NCBI GenBank assembly: GCA_964016885.1
Contig: OZ024747.1
Span: 65,844,001 to 65,908,000 of the forward strand
Length of the DNA stretch: 64,000 nucleotides
Origin: Eledone cirrhosa
Taxonomy: Eukaryota
Direction: 5' to 3'
The notes beneath the pieces are model-generated. The model did no database searches, was not told the origin of the DNA, and saw only the letters and a program-made list of their open reading frames with translations. This document shows positions 58,331 to 64,000 of this stretch, piece by piece (positions within the stretch are counted from its first letter, which is position 1; every line of letters starts with the position of its first letter). Position numbers and translations under genes: made by a program.

Positions 58331-58336
<6 letters not shown>
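57821..58336 (+). mobile_element. Retrozyme-like monomer (449-bp unit with terminal direct repeat) carrying a canonical hammerhead
   Basis: Direct repeat TAGTAAGTA..GTGAAT..TTTTCTTATTTGCTAAACCTT at 57821 and 58270. Hammerhead at 58178-58264. (TA)n flanks. Confidence 0.75.
58178..58264 (+). ncRNA. Type I hammerhead ribozyme
   Basis: Stem I ACCTT/AAGGT, CTGACGA at 58183, stem II closed by GAG/CTC, GAAA at 58245, stem III ACCG-ATT-CGGT, GUA cleavage triplet 58257-58259. Confidence 0.88.
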
Positions 58337-60014
<1,678 letters not shown>

Positions 60015-60152
60015 CATATATATATGTATATATATATATATATATATACATATATGTATGTATATATATATATACGCAAACACATACACACATATATATT
60101 TTCCCCGTCCTACCACTTCTCTATTTTTCTATTTCATCTTTTATTTCTCCTA

Positions 60153-60188
60153 TCTTCTGATGAAGGACTAGAGTCTGAAACTTTAAGA
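60153..60188 (+). ncRNA. Minimal hammerhead of a CTGATGAAGGACTAG family (other copies on the minus strand at about 14008-14042 and 53421-53456)
   Basis: CTGATGA-AGGAC-TAGN-GTCC-GAAACGT consensus seen in three dispersed copies that share flanking sequence. Confidence 0.7.
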
Positions 60189-60237
60189 CTCCTTTTCTAT
60201 TATGTCGAGCATTCATCTAATATATTTCTTCATTGTA

Positions 60238-60545
60238 CAGGGTGGTTCGAAGTCTTGTCACCCCCTACCACGTCTTTTGTCCATGTCGTTATCGCTTAGT
60301 TCGTTGACGAATGTTGGTTTAAACGATTAAAATTACTATATATCATAATTAATTGTTTCTACTTTTGGCACAAGGTCAGTAATTACCAAATAAATTACTG
60401 GTACTTTATTTTATCGACCCCGTAAGGAGAAAGGCAAAGTTTATTATATATTATAATTTATGATATTATATATTATATTATTAAAACCAAAAATAATGCA
60501 GGTTAAAACAATATGTAAGGGTGACAAGACTTTCTGACCACCCTG
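60238..60545. mobile_element. Tc1/mariner-type MITE with a nested SINE fragment
   Basis: About 27-bp imperfect TIRs CAGGGTGGT..AAGTCTTGTCACCC, TA on both sides. It interrupts a hammerhead-family tail. Confidence 0.78.
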
Positions 60546-60598
60546 TAACCTGTCGTTTGCATTGTTATTTCTGTTTACGTTTTACATACATACACAAT

Positions 60599-60741
<143 letters not shown>

Positions 60742-60780
60742 TACATATATATATAAATAAATAGTTAAATAAATAAATAA

Positions 60781-60879
<99 letters not shown>

Positions 60880-60930
60880 TGTATGTATGTATGTATGTAT
60901 GTATGTATGTATGTATGTATATGTATATAT

Positions 60931-61480
60931 GGTGGCAGCCAACTCGTTTTCGAGTACGGCCACTACTTCATATCCATGTAGGAGAACCCCTACCGATGCG
61001 CTGAACGAATGTGACTTTTTAGTCCAGCCAGCGACTTGAAAACCATGGTACAAACACTACACTTGTGACAATTATTGACACATAGTGCTGGTCCCATGGT
61101 ACCATGTGACGACAAGTGCAGAGAGATCTCCAGATATAAAGTAATGCCTGTGCCGTGAAGCTTTTATAGTCCCACTCTCTTAACCAAGATGATATTTACC
61201 AAAAAGAAGAACAAGTCAACATCATTGGATACCATCAGAGTTGCAGGTGTTATATCAGAGTTTTCCTTCTCCTAGAATTCTGCCTTGACAAAGGCTAAGT
61301 GGTCATCTCTCCCGGTGATTTTGGATGGCCATTGACTCTTAAGAGCTCCTTTGCCCTTTGACAGGTTTTGTTTTTAGTCCTGCAGGATGTCCAAAGTCAC
61401 CCTCCTCACCAAGAAACCTTGGTGGGGTTGCCGGTTTAGTCGCCAACGACCCGACCATGAGACAGGTTGTACTGGGATAC
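60931..61480 (-). mobile_element. About 550-bp non-coding retroposon (SINE or non-autonomous LINE derivative) associated with (ATAC)n
   Basis: 61320-61480 matches 18770-18926 and 60931-61185 matches 11558-11838, both in opposite orientation. All three copies abut (ATGT)n or (TA)n. Confidence 0.7.
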
Positions 61481-61484
61481 ATAT

Positions 61485-61645
<161 letters not shown>

Positions 61646-62151
61646 TGTGTGTATAAAATCCACAAGCATAACTTTGTTATGGTCTAGAATCCCGATGAAA
61701 CCAAATATCACTTATTCTGTCAGTCGACCGTAAAACTATAGTGTTAATTTTATTTGTAAGTTTTGATATTTCCTCACCTCAACTAACCACTGACTATGTT
61801 GTTATCGACGGATTGTGTCGATGTAACGCCGTTAACGACATGTTAGTTGAGAAGATGGAAATAAATCTGATGCCATTTTTACTAAATTCGATAAATGCCT
61901 CACGGAGACGACATGAAAGTTTTGAAAGAAAGATGGCAAAAAAGAATTAAGATGGCGGAGAAAGCAGAGAAGAAAAGAGGTTCTGTCTCAATAAATTGCT
62001 TCTTCTCATAATATTTCCCATCTCAACATGTCTGTATTGATTCGAAATTCACTAATAGATTAGTCAAATTTACGAATTCACTCCGAAACATTTTACAATA
62101 ACCTATATGTTTTGTTTGTCTTAGTTCAATAATTCTTAAAGGAATCCATTC

Positions 62152-62246
<95 letters not shown>
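62152..62246. repeat. (CTAT)n microsatellite
   Basis: Direct reading. Confidence 0.97.
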
Positions 62247-62247
<1 letters not shown>

Positions 62248-64000
62248 GGGCCCGCGTGACAGAGGCCAACAGTGGAACTAAATCCACCATCCGGTCTTTG
62301 CGAGACCTGGATGGACGGGCGATTCTTGAGCCTAAGCAGATGTGTGAGGCCTTTCAAAGGCACTTTGCCCGACTGTTCGGGAGGGGCGGGGAGCCGGTTG
62401 GGAACGTGGACTTCGGTCCATACCTCGACGGCCTGCCGCGCCTCTCGGACAGGGAGGCGAAGTCCTGCGAGGAGCCGATTTCGGCGGCTGAGATAGAGGA
62501 CGTGCTGAGCCAATGCGGCAAACGCAAATCCCCGGGTCTCGATGGTCTTCCTTACGAATTATATCTAGCTATGCCGAACTTGTTCCCCGATCTCCTCGAG
62601 GCGGTCTACTGCAATTGGCAACAGAACGGGAGAATTCCCTGTACTGTGACCAAGGGCGTAGTCACGCTAGTGAGGAAGGACGAGAACTAGGGGGACGATA
62701 TAAATAATTTCAGGCCCATAACTCTGCTAAATACAGAGTTACAGATTTTGGCCAAGGTGCTAGCAAAGAGGTTGGCGCTTGTCGTGGGCAACCTGGTGGG
62801 AGATGCGCAGACATGCGCTATCCCGTCCAGGTCCATCCATGACAACCTCCACCTCATGCGATGCATCATAGAGAGGGTTGGGAACGAACCCGGCTTTGGT
62901 GGGGCTCTGATCAACTTGGATCAATCTAAGGCGTTCGATAGGGTCGACCATGGTTACCTGGATGCGGTGCTAGCGGCGGCAGGCTTCGGACCCGTTTTCA
63001 GGGGCTGGATCACTGCTATGCACAGCAGCCGCATCTGCTCTAGGGTCAAGGTGAACGGCTACCTCTCGGAGCCGTTCAAAATCGCGCGGTCCATCCGACA
63101 AGGGTGCCCTCTCTCCTCCCTTCTGTATGTGTTGACTCTCGAGCCACTACTGCGGAAGTTGGAGTTGTTGCAGGGCATCCTTTTGGAACCGGGATTGCGG
63201 AAAGCGGTGTCGGCCTACGCCGATGACGTGACAGTAATGGTGTCGACGGCCTCCGAAATCGAGGCGGTCGGCACCTTACTGGAGGAGTACGAAAAGCTCA
63301 CAGGGGCTAAGCTGAACCGGGACAAGTCGATCGGTTTGCAACTCGGCACGTGGAGGGGCAGACCGATGCCCTCCGATGGCGTCGTCGGACGCTAGACGGA
63401 GGGCCCGGTGAAGTTGCTCGGGGTCTGGTTCGGACCGGACCTCCAGGTGGAGAAAAACTGGGCGGAGGTTACGAACAGGGTGTTTGCACTGACCCAGAAG
63501 TGGGCCAGTTGCAAACTATCCCTGAAAGGTCGGGCGGAGGTGGCGAACACCTACATAGCGTCCGTCATCTACTACCGCCTGACCGTAGTGCCCTGCCCAA
63601 GGGAAACCCTCACCAAGATGGAGCGCGCGCTCTTCCAATTCCTTTGGAAGAGGCGGGCTCCTATGGTGAGGAGATCCATCTGCTGTCAACACCCTTCGAA
63701 TGGAGGGCTGGGGATGCCGTGGCTAATGATGCGTAAACACGCATTAAGGCTACGGCACCTCTACGTATTCCTCACCGGACAACCGGTGTGGGCCTCGTTT
63801 GTGAGACGAACCTTTCCCAGACTCGTCTCACTCACCGAGCTGCAATCCTGGGTCAAGCAAAGACCGAGAAAACTGAGCGCCTGGCACACTGAGTGTGCCC
63901 AGGCGCTCACCGCCCTCTGGCAGGCGGATCCGGTTATCAGTGGAGACTCCACCGCAACATTCTATAGAGGGCTGGTACGCAGCAGGTGCGACGACGCCCT
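62247..64000 (+). mobile_element. Tx1 copy D, 5'-truncated ORF2 (RT region), runs off the window, closest to copy C
   Basis: KSPGLDG, DQSKAFD, IRQGCPLS, YADD. Shares the MHSSxxCSRVK segment with C. Begins immediately after (CTAT)n. Confidence 0.92.

Overview
This is AT-rich, microsatellite-dense animal DNA made almost entirely of transposable elements. The SINE repertoire suggests a coleoid cephalopod, probably an octopod (inference). I see no intact host gene, and most short ORFs in the track are microsatellite or antisense artefacts. Main contents: (1) three near full-length but disrupted Tx1/L1-clade LINEs (two head-to-tail in (TTA)n, one antisense in a minisatellite with a 15-bp target-site duplication), plus a 5'-truncated fourth copy after (CTAT)n and a small fragment. 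(2) Several Penelope-like element (PLE) remnants with GIY-YIG endonucleases. (3) About 19 type-I hammerhead-ribozyme motifs from many families, mostly in (TA)n and often in fold-back inversions. (4) RTE, R4/Dong, mariner, Helitron, MITE and SINE relics. Two candidates stand out. The first is a non-coding retrozyme-like locus at 57.8-59.9 kb: a 449-bp hammerhead monomer next to a near-identical 523-bp x2.67 hammerhead array with a PLE-style inverted 5' piece. The second is an AG|GTAAGT splice donor conserved at the ORF1 stop of all three divergent Tx1 copies, with acceptors that would fuse ORF1 to ORF2 in frame in at least two of them. All coordinates and pairings were read by eye.
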